The notes beneath the pieces are model-generated. The model ran no database searches. It worked only from the letters and a program-made list of their open reading frames with translations, and was not told where the DNA came from. From NCBI GenBank assembly GCA_017399185.1, contig JAFQEA010000016.1, positions 21,264-85,263 on the forward strand: a stretch of DNA of 64,000 nucleotides, written 5' to 3'. This document shows, in pieces, positions 21,682-31,298 of the stretch. Position 1 is the stretch's first letter. Each line of letters opens with the position of its first letter. The translations under genes were made by a program, and so were the position numbers. Origin of the DNA: Clostridia bacterium. Its GTDB lineage: Bacteria; Bacillota; Clostridia; Christensenellales; Borkfalkiaceae.

Positions 21682-23544
21682 ATGAAAAAGTTAATTAGCA
21701 TTGCACTTTGCATTTGCTTAACTTTAGCTGCTGTTTTCACTGCAGTACCAAGCTTTGCTAAAGCTGATGCTAACACTGATGCAGTAGTAGGTCTATTAAA
21801 TACCTATAATAATAACGGTGTTTATATTAAAGACACAAGTTTTGTTAAAGACAAAATGGGTACCGATGACGCTGCTAATTTCTGGGGATCGGCAGCACAA
21901 CTTCAAAGAAGAACAGTTTATGCACCAGGCAGACTTTATATGTCAGGTGGTACACAAGAAAAACCAATTAATTCCGGCTACAAAGACGTTGAAGGCGGCA
22001 TGGCACACTTTAATATTGTTGAAGAAGACGGCGTTAAGAAAGATAGGATTGATTACACAGTTGCTACACTTAAAGATGGTAAAAAAGCAACGGTTAAAGG
22101 CTATTTTACCGATTTAGAAGAATTAGCAGGTCTTGCTGCTAAAAAGAAATGGGATTTAGTTGACGGCAAGTACGAAGCTGCTATCGAAGTTACCGAAACC
22201 GCTGATTGGCAATGGGTACATTTTGCTGCCCCAATGTGGATTGGTGACACAGACGCACTTGAAAAGGTTGTTGTTTACGAAGCAGCCAACGAACTCCATA
22301 TAGAACTTTGGTCAGTCGATACTTTATTCGCATTTGCAGCTATAACAGTTGAGCCTGTTGTTGAAGAAGGTAATTCAGTTTCACACACATTAACAAAAAA
22401 TGATATAGCTTCTACAAGCGGTACATTTGATGTATGGTCTTATAATATCACTTTTAAAGCTAGTGAGTATTATGGAAATGTTGACGGCACAAAGGGTATG
22501 CAAATTGGTTCAGCAGGTAACCCTGCAACAGGAATTGTTTTAACAACAACACCTACAAAAACTGTATCAACTATTAGAATAAACACTTCTGGTGCAAGCA
22601 GTATCGTTGCTACATTAACTGTTAAAGCTGGCACCGCAGTAAAAGCAACACAAAATCTTACGTCTACAGCAACTGAATATACTTTTGAAATTAATTCTAG
22701 TGAAGAATTAACATTAACCTACGCAAACAATTCTGCAAAAGCTATTTATATCAAATCTATCGAAATAGTTTACGCTGGTTCAAATGAATGTGAACATATT
22801 AACACAACAGTTGTATCAGCACCAACTTGTGAAGAAGATGGTTATACAGCAGACGTTTGCAACTTATGTGGTCAAATAACAAATAGAGTAGCAGGTGAAG
22901 AAAAAACTGGTCATACACCAAGTGGTGAATATGTACAAACAAAAGCTCCAACTTGTACAGAAGCTGGCGTGGAAACAGATTACTGCACAGTTTGCGGTAA
23001 AGTAGCAGATACAAAACCAATTGATGCACTTGGTCACGATTTTAACGAATCAACTGGCAAATGTCAAAACGAAGGCTGTACTGAAGTAAAATCAACTCAA
23101 AAATGGGTTAAAGTAACTTCTGCTCCAGCAGATTGGACTGGTACATACTTAATCGTTTACGAAGCTGGCAAGGTTGCTTTCGATGGTAGTTTAACAACAC
23201 TTGACGCTGTAAGCAATACGATTGCTGTTACAATTAATAATAACGAAATAGCATTGGATACAACAAACAATGCAGCAAGCTTTACAATTGATGCTGATGG
23301 TCATGTTATTAGTGCAAGTGGTTACTATATTGGTCAAACAAGTAACGCTAACGGCTTAAAATCAAGTACATCAACAAAATACACCAACACGATTTCTTTA
23401 AATAGTGATGGTTCAGTAAATATCGTGAGTGGTGGTGCTTATTTAAGATTCAATAAGGCATCTGACCAAAATCGTTTCCGTTACTATAAATCTAGCTCTT
23501 ATACTGGTCAACAAGCAATTTACTTGTATAAATTAGTAGGCTAA
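21682..23544 (+). CDS. secreted/cell-surface protein (signal peptide; N-terminal domain paralogous to the 46150 ORF; C-terminal Cys-rich C-x8-C-x2-CG…GH repeats)
   Basis: Signal peptide MKKLISIALCICLTLAAVFTAVPSFA. Shares NSGYKDVEGGMAHF, WVHFAAPMWIGD and LFAFAAITVEP with the 46150..47157 protein. Confidence 0.5.
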   Translation: MKKLISIALCICLTLAAVFTAVPSFAKADANTDAVVGLLNTYNNNGVYIKDTSFVKDKMGTDDAANFWGSAAQLQRRTVYAPGRLYMSGGTQEKPINSGYKDVEGGMAHFNIVEEDGVKKDRIDYTVATLKDGKKATVKGYFTDLEELAGLAAKKKWDLVDGKYEAAIEVTETADWQWVHFAAPMWIGDTDALEKVVVYEAANELHIELWSVDTLFAFAAITVEPVVEEGNSVSHTLTKNDIASTSGTFDVWSYNITFKASEYYGNVDGTKGMQIGSAGNPATGIVLTTTPTKTVSTIRINTSGASSIVATLTVKAGTAVKATQNLTSTATEYTFEINSSEELTLTYANNSAKAIYIKSIEIVYAGSNECEHINTTVVSAPTCEEDGYTADVCNLCGQITNRVAGEEKTGHTPSGEYVQTKAPTCTEAGVETDYCTVCGKVADTKPIDALGHDFNESTGKCQNEGCTEVKSTQKWVKVTSAPADWTGTYLIVYEAGKVAFDGSLTTLDAVSNTIAVTINNNEIALDTTNNAASFTIDADGHVISASGYYIGQTSNANGLKSSTSTKYTNTISLNSDGSVNIVSGGAYLRFNKASDQNRFRYYKSSSYTGQQAIYLYKLVG

Positions 23545-23761
23545 TCCCCCCAATTCATAAAAATCTAAATTTTTATAAAATTTAACGGATTGTAACAACA
23601 CCTATGGTGTTTAAACAAACAACTCATAAGGCGACGGATTTATCCGCCGCCTTATTTATATAATAAGGTTGCAAAAACTTAAATCTTATGATATAATGCA
23701 AAAAAACGTAATACTATGTTCAAGCGTGGATATTTTTATTTTATAAGCGGAGATAGACTAT

Positions 23762-26026
23762 ATGGAAAAACCAAAGAAAAAGCTTGCCTTAAAAAACGCA
23801 CCTTTTATAGTGGCATTAATTGTACTAATATTTGTAGGGATACTATCTTTTATTTTTTCTAATAAGTTTTTCGTTGAGGAGTATGATAATAATCATAGAG
23901 ACCTTATTGGTATACTTTGTCAAATTATTATTTCAGTTGCTTGTTGTATAGTCTCGGTGATTAGCATTTCTATATCGCTTCAAAACGAAAAAATATATGG
24001 CATTACAAGAAGAGATTTTGAAAAATTGCGTACCGGCATGCGTTTTTCGATATTATGCATTATACTTGTTGCTCTTTCATTATCTGTAATTAGTGTTATC
24101 GCATATACTTTTGAAATATATTTTACGTGCTTATATTGCTTGACACTGCTTATCGCTTTTTGTTTTATAATTTGTATTAGTGAAGTGCCAATAATGTGTC
24201 ATAACGATAATACTATACTGCGCATTATCATGAAAAGGCTAAAAATAGTAATAATGACAGGTGTTGTTATTCCGTCAGACTTAAAAACGGTTGTTATTAA
24301 TCTTATTACTGAAAAGCACACTATTAAGGAACTATACAATAAATACAAAGACAGTAAAAATAAAGAATATAACAAAAGCTTACTTATAAAGCTTATAGAA
24401 ATACACTGCGACTACGCTTCCAATTTAGCTAAGTTGGATGCAAATATTAGAGATAAAAGGGCGGATCGCGTAGTCAAAAACATCAAAGATATACTTTCTT
24501 TTAATAAAGATTTTGATATAATACAACTCACTGATAAAGAAATATGGAACTATCAACACTTAATTACAAGAGTATTGTTTAGTACATCTAAAATTGTATC
24601 GACGCATACTAAAACGATACACTTAATTTTTGATTCACTACCATTTATTGATCATTATGAAAATGTTGAGCATAAGCGTTTTATAATGTCAATAGCTATA
24701 AAATTGATTTCAGCTACTTTAACATCGGGTGATTTAAGCTTTGCATACGAATTAAAACGTGTTTGCTCGCAGTGGAAATATAGTTTTAATGATGGAGGTG
24801 CACTAACTACCATATTTGCGCTAACTAGCATACATTTAGAATATTTACATAATTCAGCACGCTATGTAACTCAAAAATATAAGGTACGGATAAGAAAGTT
24901 TATCAAAGATAATCCGGTAATCGAGAGCCAAAAAACATTATCTTGGGCTACGCTTTACTCTATATTTTTACAGAAATTTACTTTAAATGTGGAAGAATTT
25001 CTATATTTTTACAAGCTTAATGAGCATAATTGGGATATGAATATATATGACTCTGACGCTCATTTTGTAATTATGGATGATAAGCATGGGGTTATGTGGC
25101 TTTTAGCAAACCTTTTCTCTACGTATACCGTATGGACTTACGATTACAACAAGCTACTGTCAATAAATCCAGCGTTTCATGAAACTCTATTATATGTGGG
25201 CGATCAAATATTAGAGGATCGGTCTACAATAGAATATATGCAAAAATTGGTGACGTTCTTTGTTAAAGGTGAAAAAATTGATTTTTATAATATTAGCGAG
25301 AAAAAAAGTCAAAGATTTGAAACTTTTATTAGAGAACTACATAAAAAGAAAATTGATAAATTGGTTGCTGAAACAGAATTAATAGATACAGATGAGCTTG
25401 CAAAAATGTATGAAGTAGCTGTTGTTGGTACTGTAAGTAAAGAGTGGGGGTACACTGGAGGTTTTGATTTAAGCGAAGTTGCACCTAATGTTTTAAAGAT
25501 GATGATAGAGGTCAATAGTACTGCTATAAATTATGTTGACTTTATAATCAAACATATAAGCAAACAAGTAATATTAAAAATTAAAAGTGATATTCACAAA
25601 GAATTGGCTTCACCGTCAACGTTTGAAGAATCTATCAAAGAAGCAGAATCGTTGTATGTCTCGAATATAGCAAAGCAAAATGTTGAACAAATATTAACAA
25701 AAAATGCTTTATCAGACAAGGTTGCAATCGAGTCATTTGAGAGTACGATATTAGATGGTTATTGTGTATTGGTCAATAAAGCATTGGAATTTGGTTGTGA
25801 TATAAAAATAGAAATCGAAAAATTAACAAAACGGCAAATTGCAGAAAAGGCTGAAGAATATAAAGCTAAAGATGGCCGTTATATATATGAAGGTGCTATT
25901 TTATCTCGCGAGGAACTTGAAAGTATAGTACAAAAACAATATGCATTTTTGGTGTTACAACTAAAATACAAAGTGAATAAAGAGGACATAACCGTTTATA
26001 AAATTAATTATTTAGACTTAGATTAA
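23762..26026 (+). CDS. hypothetical membrane-anchored protein (about 4-5 N-terminal TM helices plus an approximately 570-aa soluble domain), encoded in a conspicuously AT-rich island
   Basis: 754 aa with no recognisable motif. Local GC is clearly lower than in flanking DNA. Confidence 0.45.
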   Translation: MEKPKKKLALKNAPFIVALIVLIFVGILSFIFSNKFFVEEYDNNHRDLIGILCQIIISVACCIVSVISISISLQNEKIYGITRRDFEKLRTGMRFSILCIILVALSLSVISVIAYTFEIYFTCLYCLTLLIAFCFIICISEVPIMCHNDNTILRIIMKRLKIVIMTGVVIPSDLKTVVINLITEKHTIKELYNKYKDSKNKEYNKSLLIKLIEIHCDYASNLAKLDANIRDKRADRVVKNIKDILSFNKDFDIIQLTDKEIWNYQHLITRVLFSTSKIVSTHTKTIHLIFDSLPFIDHYENVEHKRFIMSIAIKLISATLTSGDLSFAYELKRVCSQWKYSFNDGGALTTIFALTSIHLEYLHNSARYVTQKYKVRIRKFIKDNPVIESQKTLSWATLYSIFLQKFTLNVEEFLYFYKLNEHNWDMNIYDSDAHFVIMDDKHGVMWLLANLFSTYTVWTYDYNKLLSINPAFHETLLYVGDQILEDRSTIEYMQKLVTFFVKGEKIDFYNISEKKSQRFETFIRELHKKKIDKLVAETELIDTDELAKMYEVAVVGTVSKEWGYTGGFDLSEVAPNVLKMMIEVNSTAINYVDFIIKHISKQVILKIKSDIHKELASPSTFEESIKEAESLYVSNIAKQNVEQILTKNALSDKVAIESFESTILDGYCVLVNKALEFGCDIKIEIEKLTKRQIAEKAEEYKAKDGRYIYEGAILSREELESIVQKQYAFLVLQLKYKVNKEDITVYKINYLDLD

Positions 26027-26174
26027 AAAGGACGGCAAACGAGCCAAGAAACCTTGCTAGAATGCGTAAATTTTACGTAACCTATGGCGATTTAGCAAAT
26101 TTGCCACCAGCAGTGGCAAATTTGCCTTGGACACAAAATTTTATACTTATAGAGAAAGTAAAAGATATTAATTC

Positions 26175-26216
26175 AAAAAAGCAGTTGTCATTAATTTGCG
26201 GACAACTGCTTTTTTA
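26175..26216. terminator. bidirectional terminator between the convergent 754-aa gene and fic
   Basis: aaaaaagcagttgtc-attaatttgc-ggacaactgctttttt. Confidence 0.55.
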
Positions 26217-27104
26217 TCAGTATTCAATCTTAAAATAATCCAGCCAGAGCTTAAACTGGTCCTGACAGGACAAGCAGGTGTCGGTCAAGTAACCTTTTTG
26301 CCTGTCCCATTCCTTAAGAGCGCGGTAATAAAACATTTTGTGGGCTTCGTCAATGATAAAGGGCACAACGTTATTTGCCAAACATTCCTTAAACATTAAA
26401 AGCCTGCCAACGCGCCCGTTTCCGTCCTGAAAGGGGTGGATAGCTTCAAAACGCGTATGGAAAGCCAAAATTTGCTCAAAGCCCTTTACGTCAAGGCTGT
26501 TATACCACTCAAGCAGGCTGTTGATTTCTTCCTTAACCATTTCAGGGGGGCAGGTTTCAACGCCACCGACTTCGTTTGGTATTTTCTTGTAATCGCCAAC
26601 GTTAAACCAGGACTTTCGGCTATCGCTCGTTCCGCTTTTAAGGATAAGGTGCAGGGCTTTAATCATTGCCGGGGTGACGGGCTTTAAGGCGTTGTCAATA
26701 ATATAGTCAACGCACTTAAAATGGTTTGCGGTTTCAATAACGTCGTCAACGTTTACTGCCGATTCAATGCCAATCGTGTTGGTTTCAAAAATATATCGCG
26801 TTTGGTCGTGCGACAGGGTGCTGCCTTCAATGTGGTTGGAGCTATACGTAAGCTCAATCTGTATTTTATGGTATATCCCACCTTTAAGCTTTAATTCCTT
26901 TTGCTCCTTTAATGCGGTTAACAGCTTGCTTGCGCCTGGGGGGCTGAAGCTTTCACGCGCGGGCTTTAAGGCGTCTTCAGGCAGGTTCCAGGTCTTGCCG
27001 GTTAAAAACGCACCGGGCACGCGCCCTTGCGCACAATAGCTGCGCACCATTCTTTCGCTTACGTTCCATTTTTTTGCAATTTCACTAACCGAAACAAATC
27101 GCAT
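26217..27104 (-). CDS. Fic/DOC family protein with N-terminal HTH
   Basis: Fic motif HPFQDGNGRVGR. N-terminus MRFVSVSEIAKKWNVSERMVRSYC is an HTH. Confidence 0.8.
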   Translation of the reverse strand: MRFVSVSEIAKKWNVSERMVRSYCAQGRVPGAFLTGKTWNLPEDALKPARESFSPPGASKLLTALKEQKELKLKGGIYHKIQIELTYSSNHIEGSTLSHDQTRYIFETNTIGIESAVNVDDVIETANHFKCVDYIIDNALKPVTPAMIKALHLILKSGTSDSRKSWFNVGDYKKIPNEVGGVETCPPEMVKEEINSLLEWYNSLDVKGFEQILAFHTRFEAIHPFQDGNGRVGRLLMFKECLANNVVPFIIDEAHKMFYYRALKEWDRQKGYLTDTCLSCQDQFKLWLDYFKIEY

Positions 27105-27145
27105 TTATTCACCCCTTAAGTTTGTTTATTATAATAATTATATTC

Positions 27146-27199
27146 CGTTATCGGAAGTTTGTCAAACGTTTTTCACCACCAAAACTTCCGATAACGGAA
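27146..27199. promoter_or_regulatory. perfect 16-bp inverted repeat (ccgttatcggaagttt…aaacttccgataacgg) in the fic upstream region; candidate operator or divergent terminator
   Basis: Seen directly: 16/16 complementary arms with an approximately 22-nt spacer, 40-95 bp upstream of the fic start. Confidence 0.4.
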
Positions 27200-27221
27200 G
27201 TTTTGGTTGTCCTTTTTTATT

Positions 27222-27476
27222 TATTGAAGACTTTTTGCCAAGGGCAAAAAGTTTACCACAATTCTTCATTCTTCATTCTTCATTCTTCATTCCACAACCG
27301 CAAAGCGGTTGTGCCGTTACAATCCTTCAGTCTTTGACTTCGTCAAAGCCAGCTCCCTTTACACAAGGGAGCCTTTTTTAATTTATTAAAGACTTTTTGC
27401 AAGGCAAAAAGTTTACCACAATTCTTCATTCTTCATTCTTCATTCTTCATTTGCAAGGCAAAGCCTTGCTTTTTTC
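27222..27476. repeat. BOX-like composite repeat: A-B-C-D-A-B modules followed by a terminator hairpin
   Basis: Two copies of gactttttgc(c)aa(g)ggcaaaaagtttaccacaatt(cttcatt)4 separated by caaccgcaaagcggttg and the ttacaatccttcagtctttgacttcgtcaaagccagctccctttacacaagggagcc module. Confidence 0.75.
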
Positions 27477-27605
27477 ATTATTCACTTTACAGCAAGGCGA
27501 AGATGTGTTATAATCAAGTATAAGCACATACTTGGGGCAAGGCTTTGCGGCGGTATTTAAGTTTTCGCGGCGCGCCCCATTACCAATAAATATAAGGATG
27601 GTTTT

Positions 27606-30600
27606 ATGGCTATGGCTAAAAAAGGATTGTTAACCGTTTTATTTGCGGCGCTTTTTGCCGTGTGCGGCGTTTTGGGCGTGTGGCAAGCTAAACCCCAAGC
27701 GGCTTATGCTCAAGACACAGCGCCAAAGGTTGTGTATGCCATAACTGACAGTATCGGAGATAACGCGTATAACAGCTTTTTGCAGGAATACTTAAATAGC
27801 GGCAACTTTACCGTTAATAATAAGGTTACGCTTAATGGTATGCGCGCGGAAGAATTAAGATATCTTGTTGACAGAACCTATAACGGCGATAATTACACGG
27901 CGGAAAATTTCCCCGCGCTTGTTACCTACCGCGAAAATACAGAGCTTGACGTGATGACTGCTGACCAGATTATTTTGTCGGTCGGCAGTGCCAACTTTGG
28001 CTCACAAACGGTGTCAACGCTCTGCAGGGTTATTGAAGATAAGTTTGGCGTTACGCTTGGCGATACAACAGACTACGGCTTTGACGTTTCAACCCTGTTA
28101 ACCGAAGAAACGCAAGGTTTATACGACACTATTTTTGAAACGCTTGAAAAGGCGCTAAATGCCGGCGGTAAGCTTTCAAGTAACGCGCTTGTGGAGCTTT
28201 TCGGTGCGGAAAACACCAAAAAGGTTGTTAATGCTTACGCTTACGGCTTTTTAGGGTTTATGACACACTACGTTAAGGCCGTTGAAGGTATCCACGCGAT
28301 TAATCCTGCGGCAACAATCGTTGTGGTGGGGCTTTATAACACCCTTGACGGGCTTAAGTTTGAGTTTGAAGGCTCTACCGTTGACGTTGGCACTATCGCC
28401 GGGCTGTTGTTCGACGGCGCTAATATGATGCTTGCTTCAAAAATAAATAATATAGACGACGTTTATTTTGCATATCCCGGCAAGGCTGGGCTTATGCTTG
28501 AAGATATCGCTGCGGGTAGGCTTGACGATAATTTTGAGTACGACAGCCATATCCGTAACCTTATGTTTAACCATTCGTTAGACGACCAAAACGAGCAATT
28601 AGTGGATGCGTTCAAAGCAGCTTTCAGGGCGGCGGCGGTTAACCCGTCTGTCAATATGGCAGGGGTTATGGACCTTTTTGAACGCGCTGACGGCACAACC
28701 AAAACGCTTACAGAAGTCCTTTCAGAAAACGTAGGCAATCTTTTAGATGGCGGTATGCAGGATTTGTTAACGCTTAATATTAGGATGAGTCTTGGCGGCG
28801 GCGTTGGCGCAAACCTGTCAGACAATAGCGCAACAAAGGTTGCCGGTAAGATTGAAAGCGCTATAAAGGATTGCTATGACGGTGGCGATTATCTTACCGA
28901 AGCCGTTCAAACACTTAACCGCGATTTTGATAATTACGCCACGGCACTTTTGAAAAGCGGTATGCTGGGCGCTGTTAAGGAACTGACTGACAACGTTTAC
29001 TTTAACCGCCTTATTGACGCGCTTCTTGAAGCTCAAGACTTTGACGCGACACACAGCGCGCTTATGGAAGGCGCACAAAGCGGTGAATACACCGTTACGG
29101 GCAGCTCAAAATACGTTGCGCTTGGCGATGCGCAGCATATGGATAAAAATTCGGCAACAAATCTTTTTGCGGCAGAGATTTTCGGCGCGGAAGCGGCAAG
29201 CCGTTACATAAACCTTTCCACGCAGGGCATGCGCGTTGAAGATTTATTGTATCTTTTAGACGGGACTTTAGTGCCCGACGATTATTTTAATTCACGCTTT
29301 AATGTGGTAAGCGATTACGACAAGTACGTCGGCGCGCTTGAAGGTGCGGACCTTATTAGCTTGTCGTTCGGCGGTGAAGGGGTTTACAGGTTTGTTTTAG
29401 AGCAGATTTTTCGCGCAATGGACGGCAAACCCGCGCTCGCGGTTAACTGGGAGCAGTTCGTTGAGCCTGACGTTGCCGAAAAAATCGACGGCTTAAAGAC
29501 CAAGCTTAAACAAATGATGAACCTGCCCGAAACGATTGACATTGCTGAAATTTTAAATGGCTTGAATGACGGCGTTATCGACGTGGAGCTCGTTTTTGAC
29601 ACCGTTCTGCACGCTTACCTTGGGCATTTGACAAGCTATGCTAAAGCCGTGGAAGCTATCCACGCTTTAAACCCGTCTGCTCAAATCGTTCTGTTTGGTT
29701 ACTTTAACCCCATGCAGGGGCTTGTGATGCCTGTCGATGGTAAGAATATACCGATGGGTGAGTTTGTTGATATTTTCTTAAAGGTTTGTTCAATGCACGC
29801 GCTGACCTTTACGGCAACGGCGGGTGATTACGTGACTTATATCGACCTTGTGGGTGTGGTGACTTCTGCTATTAACGAAGAATGGCCCGAAGACAACGAA
29901 ACGCCAACGCCTGTTATCGCCGATTATTTGATGAACTTTATCACCGAAAACGGCAGCGACCTTTTGTTGACGGCTGACGGGCAGGCTGTGGTTAAAAATA
30001 AGCTTACGGATAGCTTTAAAGTAAGCTGCGCGCACATTTTTGATAACGCGTGTGATAGCGAGTGTAACGCTTGCGGTGCGGTGCGTGAAGTCCCTGACCA
30101 CGTTTACGATAACGCGTGCGACCCGTCTTGCAACGTTTGCGGTGCTAAAAGGTCTGTTGGTGAGCACCAATACTTAAACTGCAAGGCGCAGCTTTGCAGT
30201 ATTTGCGGCGGCGGGAAAAGGGCTTCTGCGGATTGCCAATACTCAAACGCTTGCGATAAGGATTGTAACGTTTGCGGGTTTGTGCGCGAAGTTCCCGACC
30301 ACGTTTACGACCATGCGTGCGATAAAGATTGTAACGTTTGCGGCGAAGTGCGTGAAGTTCCCGACCACGTTTACGATAACGCTTGCGACAGCGAGTGTAA
30401 CGTAAAGGGCTGTGGGTTTGTACGCGAGGTTGCCGACCACGTTTACGATACGGCTTGTGACGCTTACTGCAATGAGTGCAATTTTGCGCGCACGCCGGCT
30501 AACCACGTTTACGATAATAACTGCGCTGACACCACCTGCAACGTTTGCGGCGGGTTCAGACAGTATGCCGACCACGTTTACGATAACGCGTGTGACGCTA

Positions 30601-30929
30601 CCTGCAACAACTGCGCGGTTACGCGTGAGGTCAGCGGTCACGTTTACGATAACGATTGCGATTCGTCCTGTAACGAGTGTGGCGAGCAGCGTACTATCGC
30701 CGGCCACGTTTACGATAACAAGTGCGACAATACCTGCAACGTTTGCGGCACAACCCGTAACGTCGGCGCGCACGTTTATGACGACGGCAAAGACCCAACC
30801 TGCAACGAATGTGGCTTAACGCGTGACGTTGGCGGCGGTGGATGCTTCGGCTACGTTGACAGCGTGTTTGCTGTGTTAGGTGTTGCTGCGCTCGGCTTGG
30901 TTAAAGCAATCACTAAAAGAAAAGAATAA
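27606..30929 (+). CDS. large secreted protein: signal peptide, tandemly duplicated N-terminal domain (possibly SGNH-like), about 12 tandem 26-aa Cys/His repeats (HVYDNACDxxCNVCGxxRxV), and a C-terminal GGGG-hydrophobic-KRKE tail
   Basis: 1107 aa. Internal duplication, for example FMTHYVKAVEGIHAINPAATIVVVG versus LTSYAKAVEAIHALNPSAQIVLFG. The repeats are visible at DNA level as an approximately 78-bp tandem array. Confidence 0.6.
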   Translation: MAMAKKGLLTVLFAALFAVCGVLGVWQAKPQAAYAQDTAPKVVYAITDSIGDNAYNSFLQEYLNSGNFTVNNKVTLNGMRAEELRYLVDRTYNGDNYTAENFPALVTYRENTELDVMTADQIILSVGSANFGSQTVSTLCRVIEDKFGVTLGDTTDYGFDVSTLLTEETQGLYDTIFETLEKALNAGGKLSSNALVELFGAENTKKVVNAYAYGFLGFMTHYVKAVEGIHAINPAATIVVVGLYNTLDGLKFEFEGSTVDVGTIAGLLFDGANMMLASKINNIDDVYFAYPGKAGLMLEDIAAGRLDDNFEYDSHIRNLMFNHSLDDQNEQLVDAFKAAFRAAAVNPSVNMAGVMDLFERADGTTKTLTEVLSENVGNLLDGGMQDLLTLNIRMSLGGGVGANLSDNSATKVAGKIESAIKDCYDGGDYLTEAVQTLNRDFDNYATALLKSGMLGAVKELTDNVYFNRLIDALLEAQDFDATHSALMEGAQSGEYTVTGSSKYVALGDAQHMDKNSATNLFAAEIFGAEAASRYINLSTQGMRVEDLLYLLDGTLVPDDYFNSRFNVVSDYDKYVGALEGADLISLSFGGEGVYRFVLEQIFRAMDGKPALAVNWEQFVEPDVAEKIDGLKTKLKQMMNLPETIDIAEILNGLNDGVIDVELVFDTVLHAYLGHLTSYAKAVEAIHALNPSAQIVLFGYFNPMQGLVMPVDGKNIPMGEFVDIFLKVCSMHALTFTATAGDYVTYIDLVGVVTSAINEEWPEDNETPTPVIADYLMNFITENGSDLLLTADGQAVVKNKLTDSFKVSCAHIFDNACDSECNACGAVREVPDHVYDNACDPSCNVCGAKRSVGEHQYLNCKAQLCSICGGGKRASADCQYSNACDKDCNVCGFVREVPDHVYDHACDKDCNVCGEVREVPDHVYDNACDSECNVKGCGFVREVADHVYDTACDAYCNECNFARTPANHVYDNNCADTTCNVCGGFRQYADHVYDNACDATCNNCAVTREVSGHVYDNDCDSSCNECGEQRTIAGHVYDNKCDNTCNVCGTTRNVGAHVYDDGKDPTCNECGLTRDVGGGGCFGYVDSVFAVLGVAALGLVKAITKRKE

Positions 30930-30974
30930 TAAGTTTTGTAAATAAAAGGCTTTGCGGCATTAGCCGCAAGGCCT

Positions 30975-31232
30975 TATTTTAATTTGATAAAGACTTTTTG
31001 CCAAAGGCAAAAAGTTTACACCGTGCTATGCACGGATGTTTAATGAATAGTGAATAATGAATAGTGAATAATTCAGGTCAGTTTGCTTGGCAAAGCCAAG
31101 CAAAGCCTTATTTAAATTTAATAAAGACTTTTTGCCAAAGGCAAAAAGTTTACCACAATTATTCATCAGGCGTAGCCGACTTCATTATTCATTCTTCATT
31201 CTTCATTCTACCAACCGCAAAGCGGTTGGGGC
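30975..31232. repeat. BOX-like composite repeat (A, inverted B', A, B, partial C)
   Basis: Same modules as at 27222 and 33374. Includes the small palindrome ccgtgctatgcacgg, which recurs as ccgtgcgtatgcacgg at 33404. Confidence 0.7.
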
Positions 31233-31253
31233 GACAGGTCTGCTGTCAGCCTA

Positions 31254-31290
31254 TAAAAAAAGCAGGGGATACCCCTGCTTTTTTGTTTTT
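31254..31290 (-). terminator. terminator of the flotillin gene
   Basis: aaaaaaagcagggg-atac-ccctgctttttt. Confidence 0.55.
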
Positions 31291-31298
31291 CCTGCCGA

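Noticed and set aside
30243-30819. Overlapping ORFs on both strands (30243-30773 minus, 30412-30819 plus) within the repeat array
   Set aside because: These are artefacts of the periodic GC-rich repeat. They are fully contained in, and out of frame with, the well-supported 1107-aa CDS.
30030-30830. Regular array of direct repeats about 78 bp long, which looks CRISPR-like at first glance
   Set aside because: The array lies entirely inside a long ORF and encodes a 26-aa protein repeat. The sequence between the conserved repeat cores is also conserved, with no unique spacers, and there are no cas genes. It is a coding tandem repeat, not CRISPR.
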